A stretch of DNA of 64,000 bases from an uncultured Acidobacteriota bacterium (GCA_937898755.1 CALEJU010000025.1:16000-79999), one strand, 5' to 3'. Counted from the stretch's first letter, positions 48,178-59,584 are shown. Notes: a model not told the origin generated them from the letters alone. A program made the numbers and translations.

Positions 48178-48942
48178 ATGAAAGGCGTCATTCTCGCGGG
48201 AGGCTTGGGAACCCGGTTGCGGCCGCTCACCAAGGTCACCAACAAACACCTGCTGCCGGTCTATGACCGTCCCATGGTGTTCTACCCCTTGCAGGCTCTG
48301 GTGAACGTCGGAATCACGGAAATTCTGTTGGTCACCGGTGGCGAGAGCGCGGGCGAGTTCCTTCGCCTGCTGGAGAACGGCGAGGAGTTTGGCTGTTCGC
48401 TGCGTTACGCCTACCAGCGTGGTGAAGGCGGAATTGCCGCGGCGCTGGCGTTGGCGCGCGAGTTCGCCGCCGGCAGCCCGGTGGCAGTGGCATTGGGCGA
48501 TAACCTGCTGGAAAACAGTTTGTGTCCGGCACGACGTGCGTTTGAAAAACAGGGTGGGGGTGCCCATCTCCTCTTGAAGGAAGTGGCCGATCCCGGTCGT
48601 TTTGGCGTACCGGTTTTCGCCGATGGTCGCATTGTCCGGATTGAGGAGAAGCCCGCTCATCCCCTCTCAACCTTCGCGGTCACGGGCTATTATTTCTACG
48701 ACGCGACGGTTTTCGAGAAAATTGCCGCATGTCGTCCATCGCAACGCCACGAACTGGAAATCACCGACGTCAATAATCTTTACGTCGCCGAACAGCGATT
48801 GAGCTACTCCGTGCTGGAGGGGTGGTGGACCGATGCCGGCACTTTCGACTCGTTGCTGCAAGCGCAGCAATGGGTGGCGGCGGGCGGAGCCAATCACGTC
48901 ACAGCGCGCGACTCCGAACAGCCTCCCCATGCAACCCATTGA
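48178..48942 (+). CDS. rmlA: Glucose-1-phosphate thymidylyltransferase (short RmlA type)
   Basis: ILAGGLGTRLRPLT..NKHLLPVYDRPM, LGDN, RFGV, EEKP, WTDAGTFDSL. Confidence 0.88.
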   Translation: MKGVILAGGLGTRLRPLTKVTNKHLLPVYDRPMVFYPLQALVNVGITEILLVTGGESAGEFLRLLENGEEFGCSLRYAYQRGEGGIAAALALAREFAAGSPVAVALGDNLLENSLCPARRAFEKQGGGAHLLLKEVADPGRFGVPVFADGRIVRIEEKPAHPLSTFAVTGYYFYDATVFEKIAACRPSQRHELEITDVNNLYVAEQRLSYSVLEGWWTDAGTFDSLLQAQQWVAAGGANHVTARDSEQPPHATH

Positions 48943-49519
48943 AACGCTTAGAACGAGCTTGGACCAGAGTCGCGAGACGCAAGGCCGCCTTCTCGCGGTC
49001 GTGGGACATGCGTTCGATCGGGCCGCCGGCGTGTGCGTGACGGCGCTGCAGACTGGACACAAGCTGCTGTTTTTTGGCAACGGAGGTAGTGCGGCGGATG
49101 CGCAACACCTGGCGGCCGAGCTGGTGGGCCGTTTCTCTCTACACCGCCCAGCGCTGCCCGCCCTGGCTTTAACCGTCAACACCTCCACCCTCACGGCGGT
49201 GGCGAATGATTACGGCTTCGAGCAGGTTTTTGCACGCCAGATCGAAGCTCTGGCGCAGCCTGGAGATGTGGCGGTGGGTTTGAGCACGTCCGGGAACTCG
49301 CCAAATGTCCTCGCCGGGTTACGCGTAGCGCGGCAGCGAGGCGCGGTCTGCATCGGGTTTACCGGAGAGGGCGGCGGGCAAATGGCCGCGCTGGTGGATG
49401 TTCTGTTGGACGTTCCGTCGCAGAACGTCCCCCGCATTCAGGAAGCCCACCTTCTGCTCGGTCACGCGCTATGCGCCGCCCTCGAGGCGGCCCTGTTTGG
49501 AAATACGTCTTCTTCCTGA
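48929..49519 (+). CDS. gmhA: Phosphoheptose isomerase (SIS domain)
   Basis: GNGGSAADAQHLAAEL, NDYGF..VFARQ, STSGNSPNV, RIQEAH. Confidence 0.95.
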   Translation: MQPIETLRTSLDQSRETQGRLLAVVGHAFDRAAGVCVTALQTGHKLLFFGNGGSAADAQHLAAELVGRFSLHRPALPALALTVNTSTLTAVANDYGFEQVFARQIEALAQPGDVAVGLSTSGNSPNVLAGLRVARQRGAVCIGFTGEGGGQMAALVDVLLDVPSQNVPRIQEAHLLLGHALCAALEAALFGNTSSS

Positions 49520-49629
49520 AATGAACCACCAACGCGGTCGAACGCCACTTGTAGACGTTCAAGAGCCGTGCAAGCAGCCAAATATCGAGATCGGTGGCCA
49601 CGGTTCGCGCTAAGCTCTTGGAACGCGCC

Positions 49630-50571
49630 ATGCCAAAACGCATTCTCGTCACCGGAGGCGCTGGATTCCTCGGCTCCCATTTTTGTGAACGGCTCATAGC
49701 GGAGGGACACGAGGTCGTCTGTGTCGACAATCTCGTCACCGGCGCCGAGCGTAACCTCGCCTCCGTCCGCCAGTCTCCGCGCTTCCACTTCGAGCAGCGC
49801 GACATCTGCGAGCCTTTGCGCATTACCGGGGCACTCGACGAGGTGGCGGACTTTGCCTCTCCGGCGAGCCCAATTGACTACGCCAAACTCCCTATCGAAA
49901 CGCTGCGGGTCGGCAGTTTCGGCGTCTACAACTGCCTCGAGCTGGCGCGTGACAAGCAAGCCGGCTTCCTGATCACGTCCACCTCGGAATGCTATGGCGA
50001 TCCGCTGGTGCACCCGCAGCGCGAGGACTACTGGGGCAACGTCAACCCGGTCGGTCCCCGGTCCTGCTACGACGAGAGCAAGCGCTTCGCGGAGGCGCTG
50101 ACCATGGCGTACCACCGCAAGCACCAGATGCGTACCCGTATCGCCCGCATCTTCAACACCTACGGGCCGCGCATGCGACTGGACGATGGGCGGGTGGTTC
50201 CCGGTCTGGTGGGGCAGGCACTGAAGGGAGAGGATCTGACCGTTTTTGGCGACGGCAGTCAGACGCGCAGCTTCTGCTACGTGGACGATCTGATAGACGG
50301 CTTACGCCGTCTGATGGATGCGACCGAGCCTTTCCCGATCAATATCGGCAACCCCGCGGAGACGACGATCCTCGAGTTTGCCGAGCGCATTCAACGCCTG
50401 GTGGGCGGCCCCAGCGCCATCCGCTTTCTTCCCCTGCCGCAGGATGATCCCAAACGTCGCTGCCCGGATATTACGCGCGCCCGCACACTGCTCGGATGGG
50501 AGCCCAGGGTGGACCTGGAAGTCGGTCTGCAACGAGCCTTGGCGTACTTCCAACAGGCTTTGATGCAATAA
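49630..50571 (+). CDS. UDP-glucuronate decarboxylase (UXS-type SDR)
   Basis: [60 protein letters not shown]. Confidence 0.93.
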   Translation: MPKRILVTGGAGFLGSHFCERLIAEGHEVVCVDNLVTGAERNLASVRQSPRFHFEQRDICEPLRITGALDEVADFASPASPIDYAKLPIETLRVGSFGVYNCLELARDKQAGFLITSTSECYGDPLVHPQREDYWGNVNPVGPRSCYDESKRFAEALTMAYHRKHQMRTRIARIFNTYGPRMRLDDGRVVPGLVGQALKGEDLTVFGDGSQTRSFCYVDDLIDGLRRLMDATEPFPINIGNPAETTILEFAERIQRLVGGPSAIRFLPLPQDDPKRRCPDITRARTLLGWEPRVDLEVGLQRALAYFQQALMQ

Positions 50572-50613
50572 GCGCCGCCAGGGCCCCGATTGAGCGCGTC
50601 TTGAACGCCGGCA

Positions 50614-51057
50614 TCACCCTTCTTGAAGGGCTGATCCGTGACGCCGGGAAGCACGACTGCGGGCCACGACGAACAACACCGCGCCAAACAACAGGCCGGC
50701 CAGGCAGCCCATCTGCAAGGGGGTGTTCAGATCAAGCCACGACAAATGTTCGTGCGGGTGCCCCCCATGCATCTCGATCCCCATCAGAAATGTCGCGATG
50801 GCGCTGAAGATTCCAAACAACGCGCCCAGGATGCAAGACCGAAACCACGTCGGGCGCCAATAGGAACGGAAGATGCAGGCGTGCAAGACGGCCAGCGGCA
50901 ATGCCGCCCACATGGTCGCCACCGGCACCAGAATGGCAACCGACGGATAGGTCCCGCGCACGAGGAGGTACACGATCAGCGCCGGCGTAACCGCCAGGAA
51001 GTAAACGTAGACGGCGACTCCAGTGCTGAAAGCCGAACTGAGCGAGGACCGAGACAC
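50614..51057 (-). CDS. Hypothetical membrane protein (about 4 TM)
   Basis: Hydrophobic ORF; AGGAGG RBS before GTG 51057. Confidence 0.55.
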   Translation of the reverse strand: MSRSSLSSAFSTGVAVYVYFLAVTPALIVYLLVRGTYPSVAILVPVATMWAALPLAVLHACIFRSYWRPTWFRSCILGALFGIFSAIATFLMGIEMHGGHPHEHLSWLDLNTPLQMGCLAGLLFGAVLFVVARSRASRRHGSALQEG

Positions 51058-51259
51058 CGCGCCTCCTGGAAGAAGAGTCGCGCGAATTATAGGGCACTCC
51101 GTTCGTGCTGTCGAATGGCGACGTTCATGCCAGAGTAGTTGCGTTGCCCGCGGTGGCATACGCCGAGGTGGTCCCGCGAGCCAAAGAGCGGCCTGCTCCC
51201 TCAAGTCCCGCAGAACCCAAGGGAGCAGAGCCAAGCCAGGGGAGGGAATACGCCGGCCT

Positions 51260-54200
51260 CTAAAACGTCAGCCGGGCGGTGACTTGGACGATGCGCGGCG
51301 ACGAGTCGCCACCGAGGAATGAGCCCAGGATGCTGGTCGGCACGCTGACAGTACTGATGACCTGTCCGAACTGTGGGTCAGAGAAATCCTGTACCGGCTG
51401 GTCAAAGTTCGGGTGGTTGAAGAGGTTGAAGGCCTCGACGCCAACGCCCAGTTGCGCTTTTTCCCAGCGCGGGAGCTGAGTGTTTTTGACGACGCTCAGG
51501 TCGGAATCGAAGAAGCGCGGACCACGGAATTGGTTGCGCCGCTGATTGCCGAACCCTGCTACCGGGCTTGAAAATTGCGCGGCGTTGACGCAGGGTGACT
51601 GCACGGTGCAGGGAACACGACCACTGCCGCCGAGCCAGTTGGCGAAGACGGTGCCGCCATAGTTGAAGGGTGCGAGGGTCGAGCTGACATCGCTGCTGGT
51701 CACCGTGTACGGCAGGCCGTTGCGTGAGAACAGCGTTCCGGCGACGACCCATCCCCTCCAGAGCTGGTCCGGGCCAAACTGCACCACCGAACGGAACGGC
51801 ACCTCCCATACATAATTCAAATTCAGGGAATGACGCACGTCGTAGTCGGCATTGCCGTAGTTATAGCGCCGCAGATTGTGGGGGTCTTGGGGGCTCAGCA
51901 CACTCAAGTTGGTGCCGAAGTTGAAAGGCAGGATGCCGCCATTCGAGACGTCGTCCAATGCGTGGCTGTAGGTGTAGTTGGCCTGTAGCTGGAACCCCTG
52001 CGAAAATTTCCGTTTCAACGACACCACCAGCCCGTTGTAGTTGCTGACGCCGGCGGGCTGCAGTTGCGTTACGGTTCCGAAGCGCGGATCGGGAGCCGCA
52101 GGTGGAAGGCCGGCAAAGCCGGTGGCGCAGGTCGTCAGCGGACAGTAGGCGTTCAAGATGTTGTTCAGCACCGGGATGTGGACACCGTGGTTGCCGACAT
52201 AGTTGACGCTGACTGCCGATTTTGCGCCCAGCCCCTGCTGCAACTCCAGATTCCACTCCTGAAACTGGGGCAGGCGGACACGAGGATCCATGCTGAAGAA
52301 GCCCGGCGGGACGAACGAGGGATTGCTCGCGCTGATGGACGCCAGCGTGCCTCCGCTGCCGAAGCCGTTGATGAACGAAGCGTTGGCGGAAGAAGCCGAA
52401 GTGAAGATGTTTCCCGGCGCGGCGGGTGAGAGCGGTTGTCCGCGCACGGTGAACAGGTTGTAGAGCGGTACGTTGCGGGCGACGCTGTCCACGATGGTCG
52501 CCGGGAACGTGTCGGTGAACAGCCCAACCCCGCCGCGCAACACCGTGTCGGTACGTCCAAACGGCCTCCAGGCGAAGCCGAGGCGGGGCTGCCAGGAGTA
52601 ACGCGTGTAGTCGGTGAAGGCCCGGTGAACCCCGGTCCGGATCGCCGCATTGTAGGGCACGGTCGCGTCGTGCGTGAGGCGGTCGAAGGGCAGCGTCAGA
52701 TCCGCGAAGCAGTTGCGCCCGCAGACCGGGTTGGAGTTGTGATCGACCCGCAACGCCAGCGTGAGGCGCAGGCTTGGGACCACGCGCCACTCGTCCTGCG
52801 CATACCCGCCCAGGTCATAGAGCTTGATGCGCTGGACCAGCAAGCTGGCAAAAGACTGCTGGAACGAAGTGACCTTGCCGTTAAAGAAGTTGGCGAGCGA
52901 GCTGCGCGCCAGACCGCTCTGTCGCCGTCCGAAGTCGTGGTCGCTGACCAGATTGCGGCGGTAATCGGCTCCCACCTTGAACGTATGATTGCCGAACGTG
53001 GTCGAGTAGTCGTCCACAAACTGGTACTGCGTCACGTTGCGCCCTTGGGGAAAAATACTGTTCTCCCCGCCCAAAGTTTGGAAGGCGCTGCCGGAGAAGC
53101 TGAGCGTCGTGGGGAAAATCGCCAGCGACTGGGTCAGGTTCTTCGGGCCGAATAACGCTCCGTACCATTGCACGGCGGCAATGAACTGATTCACCGCGTC
53201 CGCCCCGAAGGCGTGGTTCTCCTGCACTTGCCCCTGGTACTCGGGCTGGGTACTGATGGCGTTGAATGCGGAATTGATCGGGTCGGTAAACGTCGGCTGC
53301 GAACCGTGGTCGGTCTGAAAACGGCCGAACAGGGTGTCGGTGCTGCCCAAGCGCTGGTCGACGCGGGTGGCCAGGATCCATTCCTGGCTGCGATTACCCG
53401 CAGTGGAGCGGAAGACGATGGCGCAGGGAGAACCGGCGGCCAGTCCGGGAGCGCTGAAGCTGCCACACCCCCCGCCCGGAAGCGTATTGGCCGCGCCGGC
53501 AGCCCCCGGAGCGTTATTGTAAAGGTTGAACATGGTCTGATAGAACGGTACCGATGCGGGCGATACCGTCGCCAGATTGGCCAGCGTCGCCGCCTGGAAC
53601 TGGGGGCTGGGGAGGTTAACCGAAAGGTTGGTGGGTAGCACCACACGCAAGCCTTCCTGATCCACGAAGAAAAACGTCTTGTCGTGCAGGATCGGACCGC
53701 CCAGTGACCATGCCCATTGGTTGGCGTTGTCGAAAGGCCGTTTCGTGGCGCTGGCGTTGTTGAAGAAATTGTTGGCGTTCATCGTGCGGCCGTTCCAGTA
53801 ATAGACCGCATTGCCGTGGAACTGGTTGGAACCCTGTTGGGTGACGTAATCAATGTCGGCGCCCGCCGCGCGTCCATACTGCCCGGAGTAGCCGTTGTTG
53901 ACCACCGTCACCTGCTGCAACTCGTTCTGCCCGAGGGTGAGGTTGGTGGCGCCGGAGTTGCTCAGGTTGAGGAACGGGTCGTTGTTGTCCTGACCATTGA
54001 TCTTGAAGAGATTTGAGGTAGCCGGCAGTCCGAACATCTCGACGTTGCCATAGCCGCCCTGCGTGTTCATGACGGCGCCGGGCGAAGTCTGGGTGATATA
54101 AGTGATATCCCCGCCGCCGGTGGGCACTTGGGCGAGCTGTTGGGCCGAGTAGGTAGTGGAGATGTTGCCGTTGTCGGCCTGCACCACGGCTGCCTCCGAC

Positions 54201-54571
54201 GTTACCGTGACGGTTTGCGTGGCGGTGCCGATGGCGAGATGGAAATCGAGCGTGGCGGCCTGCCCGACGCTCACGGGAACGTTGCGGCTGGTGGTCTGAA
54301 ACCCGGTCGCAGCCACGGAGAGGGTATAGCTGCCGGGAAGCAACAGAGAGAAGCGGTAGCTGCCCTGATTATTGCTGGCGGTGGTGGCCACCGCTCCCGT
54401 TGCATCATTGCGCAGGGTGATCGTGGCGCCGGGAACCACGGCGCCGGTGGCGTCCATGACCACGCCGGTAATGTCGCCCGAGGTTTGGCTTTGAGCGGCG
54501 GCGATGGCCGTCCAGAAACAGAGCAGTACAGGAAGAAGGATCAGAAACGTGAGACGTCGGATTACACTCAT
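51260..54571 (-). CDS. TonB-dependent receptor with carboxypeptidase-regulatory-like N-terminal domain
   Basis: Signal peptide; ITGVVMD.TGAVVPGATITL; YSGQYGRAAG; C-terminal EAFNLFNHPNF..RIVQVTARLTF; GAGGAG RBS. Confidence 0.93.
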   Translation of the reverse strand: MSVIRRLTFLILLPVLLCFWTAIAAAQSQTSGDITGVVMDATGAVVPGATITLRNDATGAVATTASNNQGSYRFSLLLPGSYTLSVAATGFQTTSRNVPVSVGQAATLDFHLAIGTATQTVTVTSEAAVVQADNGNISTTYSAQQLAQVPTGGGDITYITQTSPGAVMNTQGGYGNVEMFGLPATSNLFKINGQDNNDPFLNLSNSGATNLTLGQNELQQVTVVNNGYSGQYGRAAGADIDYVTQQGSNQFHGNAVYYWNGRTMNANNFFNNASATKRPFDNANQWAWSLGGPILHDKTFFFVDQEGLRVVLPTNLSVNLPSPQFQAATLANLATVSPASVPFYQTMFNLYNNAPGAAGAANTLPGGGCGSFSAPGLAAGSPCAIVFRSTAGNRSQEWILATRVDQRLGSTDTLFGRFQTDHGSQPTFTDPINSAFNAISTQPEYQGQVQENHAFGADAVNQFIAAVQWYGALFGPKNLTQSLAIFPTTLSFSGSAFQTLGGENSIFPQGRNVTQYQFVDDYSTTFGNHTFKVGADYRRNLVSDHDFGRRQSGLARSSLANFFNGKVTSFQQSFASLLVQRIKLYDLGGYAQDEWRVVPSLRLTLALRVDHNSNPVCGRNCFADLTLPFDRLTHDATVPYNAAIRTGVHRAFTDYTRYSWQPRLGFAWRPFGRTDTVLRGGVGLFTDTFPATIVDSVARNVPLYNLFTVRGQPLSPAAPGNIFTSASSANASFINGFGSGGTLASISASNPSFVPPGFFSMDPRVRLPQFQEWNLELQQGLGAKSAVSVNYVGNHGVHIPVLNNILNAYCPLTTCATGFAGLPPAAPDPRFGTVTQLQPAGVSNYNGLVVSLKRKFSQGFQLQANYTYSHALDDVSNGGILPFNFGTNLSVLSPQDPHNLRRYNYGNADYDVRHSLNLNYVWEVPFRSVVQFGPDQLWRGWVVAGTLFSRNGLPYTVTSSDVSSTLAPFNYGGTVFANWLGGSGRVPCTVQSPCVNAAQFSSPVAGFGNQRRNQFRGPRFFDSDLSVVKNTQLPRWEKAQLGVGVEAFNLFNHPNFDQPVQDFSDPQFGQVISTVSVPTSILGSFLGGDSSPRIVQVTARLTF

Positions 54572-54752
54572 GGACTCCTCGTGGAACTCCGGGATGCTTT
54601 CCCCATTGCACGGCTCGGGCCATTCCCGGGCGGAGTTGCTGCGGAAGGCCGCGCAGAGAGAAGGCAGGTACGCCGGCCAGATCCGCAGACGCGCACTCTT
54701 CCGCGCTCCGAAGTAGCTTGCCGCGTGACTATGCGAGAGCGGAGTTCCTCCC

Positions 54753-55832
54753 ATGTCGTCCTCACTGGCCAGAGAGTTGCTGCATCGCGCGCGTCCACTC
54801 GGCATGTTCCGCGCCGGGATGCGGCTTCTGATCGCCGTCTCGGGAGGCGCCGACTCGGTGGCAATGTTGAGGTTGCTGCTGGAACTCGCCCCGCAACAGG
54901 GATGGGTGGTGGCCGTGGCCCACTTCGATCACCAATTGCGCTCCGAGTCCGCCATGGAGGCTCAGTTCACGCGCCAGCTCGCCCTCGCGAGCGGGGTGGA
55001 GTTTCACCTCGGCCGACCCACAACTCCCGCGCCGGCTGGCAATCTGGAAGCCTGGGCGCGGCGACAGCGCTATGCCTTTTTCCACCACCTGTTGGCAGCG
55101 GACGCCGCCGACACGGTTGCGACCGCGCACACACTCGACGACCAGGCGGAAACGGTGTTGTTGCGTCTCGTCCGCGGGGCAGGGACGGCGGGATTGGTCG
55201 GCATCCTCCCGGTCCTGACCCGCGTGCCGGGGGCTCCGCCTCTTCCCGGAACCGGGCCGCGCGTCATCCGGCCGGTGCTGAGTTTGTCGCGTCGTGCTTT
55301 ACGCGAATGGCTCAACCTCCGCGGTCAGACCTGGTGCGAAGATCCCAGCAATGCCTGGCTGGCCCGGCGCCGCAATCTGCTGCGCCATCGCCTCCTGCCG
55401 CAGTTGGCGACAGACCTCAACCCCCGAATCGCCGAGGTCCTGGCCACAACGGCCACGCTGGCCCGTGATGAGGAGTTATGGTGGGCGGACGCCGTGGCGA
55501 AAGCCAGCGCCTCGCTGTGGCGCACGGTGGGACCCGATCTCATGGCTGACAAGGAAGCCCTGTTCATCCTGCCGCGCGCCTTGCGCCGCCGTGTCCTGCG
55601 CGCCGCCATCCGCCGCGTGCAGGGGGATCTGCGGCAGGTGGATTTCAGGCATGTAGAACAGCTTTCGTCCTGGGTGGAGGAAACCTCCCGTCGGAGCCGG
55701 CACATTGCTTTTGCACGGGTGACGGCGCATCTTGATCGCCGAGTTTTAAAACTGCGGTCGCGTCTTTCGCCGCCGGAAGCCGCGTTGAACGATGGGGGAG
55801 GAGGGGTACCCATACGTGGGCTGCCCAAGTAG
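54753..55832 (+). CDS. tilS: tRNA(Ile)-lysidine synthase
   Basis: AVSGGADS, HFDHQLR, EAWARRQRY, TAHTLDDQAETVLLRLVRG, DPSN, RN.LRH. Confidence 0.93.
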   Translation: MSSSLARELLHRARPLGMFRAGMRLLIAVSGGADSVAMLRLLLELAPQQGWVVAVAHFDHQLRSESAMEAQFTRQLALASGVEFHLGRPTTPAPAGNLEAWARRQRYAFFHHLLAADAADTVATAHTLDDQAETVLLRLVRGAGTAGLVGILPVLTRVPGAPPLPGTGPRVIRPVLSLSRRALREWLNLRGQTWCEDPSNAWLARRRNLLRHRLLPQLATDLNPRIAEVLATTATLARDEELWWADAVAKASASLWRTVGPDLMADKEALFILPRALRRRVLRAAIRRVQGDLRQVDFRHVEQLSSWVEETSRRSRHIAFARVTAHLDRRVLKLRSRLSPPEAALNDGGGGVPIRGLPK

Positions 55833-56053
55833 GCACGGGGCATCGGCTATACTTGGACTTTGCTTGAGGTTGGTCGTTCCTTCCCCGTCTGTTCCTCCCT
55901 GCAAGCGTCAGTGTGGGCAGCTTGGTGGGCCCCTGCTACCTCGAGCGCCGGGTCCGCCTCGTAGCTCGACCTGGGTGTTTCTGGAACTATTCGGCCCGGT
56001 GGGCGTCTAAACCCACAGAGCTGGTTGTGCCGACTGCGCGCTGGGAGTCCATC

Positions 56054-57961
56054 TTGAATTCAACCGTCAAATCAATCGTGTGGTGGGTCGTCATGATTGC
56101 TGCTGCGGCCGTGCTGTGGCAGATGATGAAGACAGGCGGCAGCGAGCCGCGCGAAAAGGAGATCAGCTTCAGCGAACTCCTTAACGACGCTCAAGCCGGG
56201 ACCATTAATTCGGTGAACATCACCGCCAACGATGTCCATGGCGAGTTCCGGGCGAAGGATGCCCCGCATTTCCACACCGTCATCCCGGCCAACTACCCGG
56301 ATTTTTACAAAATCCTTCAGGACAAGGGCGTTGCGGTCAACATCAAGGAGCCCTCCAACAACACCTGGCTGACGGTGCTGATCAACGTCTTCCCGTTCGT
56401 GCTGCTGGTCGCCCTGTGGATGTTCATGATGCGCCAGATGCAGAGCGGTGGGAACAAGGCGCTGTCCTTCGGCAAGAGCCGCGCTCGCCTGCTCTCCACC
56501 CAGCAGAAGAAGATCACTTTCAAGGACGTTGCCGGCGTCAACGAAGCCAAGGAAGAGCTGCGCGAGATTATCGACTTCCTGCGCGAGCCGCAAAAGTTCC
56601 AGAAGCTCGGAGGCCGCATTCCGAAGGGCGTGTTGCTGATTGGCCCCCCGGGCACCGGCAAGACCCTTCTGGCACGTGCCATCGCGGGCGAAGCCAATGT
56701 GCCCTTTTTCTCGATTTCCGGCTCAGATTTCGTCGAAATGTTCGTCGGCGTGGGCGCCAGCCGGGTGCGCGACCTCTTCGAACAGGGAAAGAAGAACGCT
56801 CCCTGCATCGTCTTCATTGATGAGATCGATGCCGTGGGACGGCATCGCGGTGCCGGCCTCGGCGGCGGCCACGACGAACGCGAGCAGACGCTCAATCAGT
56901 TGCTGGTCGAGATGGACGGCTTTGAAAGCAACGAGGGTGTCATCCTGATTGCCGCCACCAATCGCCCTGACGTGCTCGACCCGGCCCTGTTGCGCCCCGG
57001 TCGCTTCGACCGCAGCGTGGTGGTGCCGCGTCCCGACGTGAAGGGCCGCGAGGAGATCCTGCGCGTTCACGCCAAGAAAGTCCCGCTTTCCGAGGAGGTG
57101 GATCTGGCCGTTCTGGCGCGCGGCACACCCGGATTCAGCGGCGCCGATCTTGCCAACCTGGTCAATGAAGCGGCGCTGAATGCGGCGCGCTACAACCGCA
57201 AGACGGTGCTGATGAACGACTTTGAAAACGCCAAGGACAAGGTCCTGATGGGCGTGGAACGGCGTTCCCTGATCATCTCCGACGAGGAGAAGAAGAATAC
57301 CGCCTATCACGAGGCCGGGCACGCCCTGGTGGCGGCGATGATGCCGCACGCCGACCCGCTTCACAAGGTCACCATCATTCCGCGCGGCCGGGCGCTGGGC
57401 GTCACCATGCAGTTGCCCACCGACGACAAGCATACCTACTCGCGTGAGTATCTCGAAAGCCGCCTGGCGGTGCTGATGGGAGGTCGTATCGCCGAGGAAA
57501 TGTTCCTGAAGCACATGACCACCGGCGCGGGCAACGACATCGTGCAGGCCACCGAACTGGCCCGCAATATGGTCTGCGAATGGGGTATGAGCACGCTGGG
57601 CCCCCTGGCCTACGGCAAGAAGGAGGAACAGATCTTTCTGGGGCGTGAGATCACGCAACACCGCGACTACTCCGAGGACACTGCCATTCGCATCGACAAG
57701 GAAGTGCAACGGTTGGTGATGGATGGCTACCAGCGCGCTCATGCCATCCTCGAGGCCCACCCCGAAGTGATGCACCGGCTGGCTGCCGCCCTCCTGGAGC
57801 GCGAGGTGATTGACGCCAACGAGATCCGTATGCTCCTTGCCGGGACTCCGTTGCCCGAGTTCGTGCCCAGCCCGGATCGTCCGGATAGCGGCACTCAAGA
57901 AGTGCTGCGGCCTGAGCCTGGACGACCCAACCTGGGCAAGGAACGTCCCCAACACGCGTGA
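56054..57961 (+). CDS. ftsH: ATP-dependent zinc metalloprotease FtsH
   Basis: Two [46 protein letters not shown]; TTG start. Confidence 0.97.
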   Translation: MNSTVKSIVWWVVMIAAAAVLWQMMKTGGSEPREKEISFSELLNDAQAGTINSVNITANDVHGEFRAKDAPHFHTVIPANYPDFYKILQDKGVAVNIKEPSNNTWLTVLINVFPFVLLVALWMFMMRQMQSGGNKALSFGKSRARLLSTQQKKITFKDVAGVNEAKEELREIIDFLREPQKFQKLGGRIPKGVLLIGPPGTGKTLLARAIAGEANVPFFSISGSDFVEMFVGVGASRVRDLFEQGKKNAPCIVFIDEIDAVGRHRGAGLGGGHDEREQTLNQLLVEMDGFESNEGVILIAATNRPDVLDPALLRPGRFDRSVVVPRPDVKGREEILRVHAKKVPLSEEVDLAVLARGTPGFSGADLANLVNEAALNAARYNRKTVLMNDFENAKDKVLMGVERRSLIISDEEKKNTAYHEAGHALVAAMMPHADPLHKVTIIPRGRALGVTMQLPTDDKHTYSREYLESRLAVLMGGRIAEEMFLKHMTTGAGNDIVQATELARNMVCEWGMSTLGPLAYGKKEEQIFLGREITQHRDYSEDTAIRIDKEVQRLVMDGYQRAHAILEAHPEVMHRLAAALLEREVIDANEIRMLLAGTPLPEFVPSPDRPDSGTQEVLRPEPGRPNLGKERPQHA

Positions 57962-57981
57962 ACGGTGCTGGGATGACGCGC

Positions 57982-58002
57982 CCGGTCGCCACCGGCGACC
58001 GG
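57982..58002 (+). terminator. GC-rich hairpin after ftsH, between convergent genes
   Basis: CCGGTCGCC-ACC-GGCGACCGG; U-tract weak. Confidence 0.4.
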
Positions 58003-58081
58003 CTTCCTGCGTCGGGGAACCGTCAAACTTTCAAACGCACCCGCCGAGTCGGTCGCGCTGGCGTCTGGAAGCGCCAGTGTC

Positions 58082-59584
58082 TTACCTCTTTCCCACGCCG
58101 CTGGGCGGAAACATTCCCACCTGTGCACCCTTGTCATTAAAGATGGTGAGCATGGAACCCGGCTGCAGATTGACCAGGCCGAGCTCGATCTGGCGAGCAT
58201 CACCCACGATCACGATAGTGGCGGTGGACGGTCTGATGTGGCGTCGGGCGGCCTCCTGGGCCTCCGCTGCCGTGACCGCCAGAACTCGACTGACATAGGT
58301 CTCGAGGTAATTGGGCGGGAGATGGTAGAGCGCCGTCATGAGGAACTGATCGGCCACTTGGGCCTGGGTTTCAAGATTGCGAATGAAGCTGCCGGCGAGA
58401 TAGTTCTTCGCCTGATCCAGCTCTGTCGCGGTAATCGCGCCCTCGCGCAAGGCGTCCAACTGGCGGAGAATCTCCTTGAGGGCCTCGCTGGTCACCGCCG
58501 TGCGCACCTCGGTGGAGACAAACCAGGAACCAAGCTTCAATTGGGGGCGGTTCGCGCTGCCGATGCCGTAGGCGTAGCCGCGTTGCTCACGGATGTCGGC
58601 CACCAAACGGGAGTTGAAACTGCCGCCCAGCACCTCGTTGGCCACAAGGAGAGGGAAGTAGTCCGGGGCGTCGCGGGTGATGCCCAGATTGCCGAGAAGG
58701 ATGGTGGATTGCGCCGAGCCAGGCCGGTCCACGATGAAAATGTGGCGCGCGGCAGGCACCGGCGGTGCCAGGAAGGGGGCCTGCGGGGGCTGGCCGAACT
58801 TCCAGGTGTCACCGAAATAGCGCTGTGCCAGGTCGCGGATGACACTGACGCGCACGTCGCCGACGACCACCAGGACGGCATCGTTGTTGGGTAGGAAAGT
58901 CCGGTCATGGAACCGGTGCAGCGTGGTGCGCGAGATGCTCCCGATGGACTCTTCAGTGGGTGCGGTGACAGCGTACGGATTGTCGCCGTAGAGCAGTTTG
59001 TTGAATTGCACGCCGGCCAGGAATCCGGGCTGTGCCCGTTCCGCCATCAACTCCTGCAGGGCATTCTGTTTATAAAGCGCAACTTCCTCCTCTGGGAAGG
59101 TCGGATGCAAGACGACCTGCGACAGAAGCTGAAACATGGGCGTCACGCGATTCGCGAGTCCCGATGTGCTGACCGTCAGATAGTCCGGGGCGGCGGTTGC
59201 GGCGATCGCTCCACCATAGCGGTCCGCCTCCTGGGCGATCTGGAGCGAGCTGCGCGTCGCCGTTCCGGCCGTCAGCAGTGCGGCCACGGCGCCGGCCAGC
59301 CCGGCGTCGGCGGGCGGCACCAACGCATTACCTGCGTGCACCGCGAGTCGTATTGAGACAAGTGGAAAGCGGTGATCCGCCACCACCAGCAAGCGCAGGC
59401 CGTTTGGAAGCTGGTCCTGCACGCTGGCCGGCGGATGGTACGGGCTGACCTGTCCCACCGCGGGCTGGGCGCTCAAATCGGCGGGAGCAATGGTTGTCTG
59501 CTGGGCGACGGTCAGCTCAGCAAGCATACCCAGGGAGAACAGGCTGCACAGCAATACTTTGCGGAACGGATACAAGAGAGTCAT
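58082..59584 (-). CDS. M16 (pitrilysin) family protein, non-catalytic subunit
   Basis: LPNGLRL, VVVGDV, ANEVLGG.FNSRLV..IREQRGYAY; no HXXEH; signal peptide. Confidence 0.88.
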   Translation of the reverse strand: MTLLYPFRKVLLCSLFSLGMLAELTVAQQTTIAPADLSAQPAVGQVSPYHPPASVQDQLPNGLRLLVVADHRFPLVSIRLAVHAGNALVPPADAGLAGAVAALLTAGTATRSSLQIAQEADRYGGAIAATAAPDYLTVSTSGLANRVTPMFQLLSQVVLHPTFPEEEVALYKQNALQELMAERAQPGFLAGVQFNKLLYGDNPYAVTAPTEESIGSISRTTLHRFHDRTFLPNNDAVLVVVGDVRVSVIRDLAQRYFGDTWKFGQPPQAPFLAPPVPAARHIFIVDRPGSAQSTILLGNLGITRDAPDYFPLLVANEVLGGSFNSRLVADIREQRGYAYGIGSANRPQLKLGSWFVSTEVRTAVTSEALKEILRQLDALREGAITATELDQAKNYLAGSFIRNLETQAQVADQFLMTALYHLPPNYLETYVSRVLAVTAAEAQEAARRHIRPSTATIVIVGDARQIELGLVNLQPGSMLTIFNDKGAQVGMFPPSGVGKR

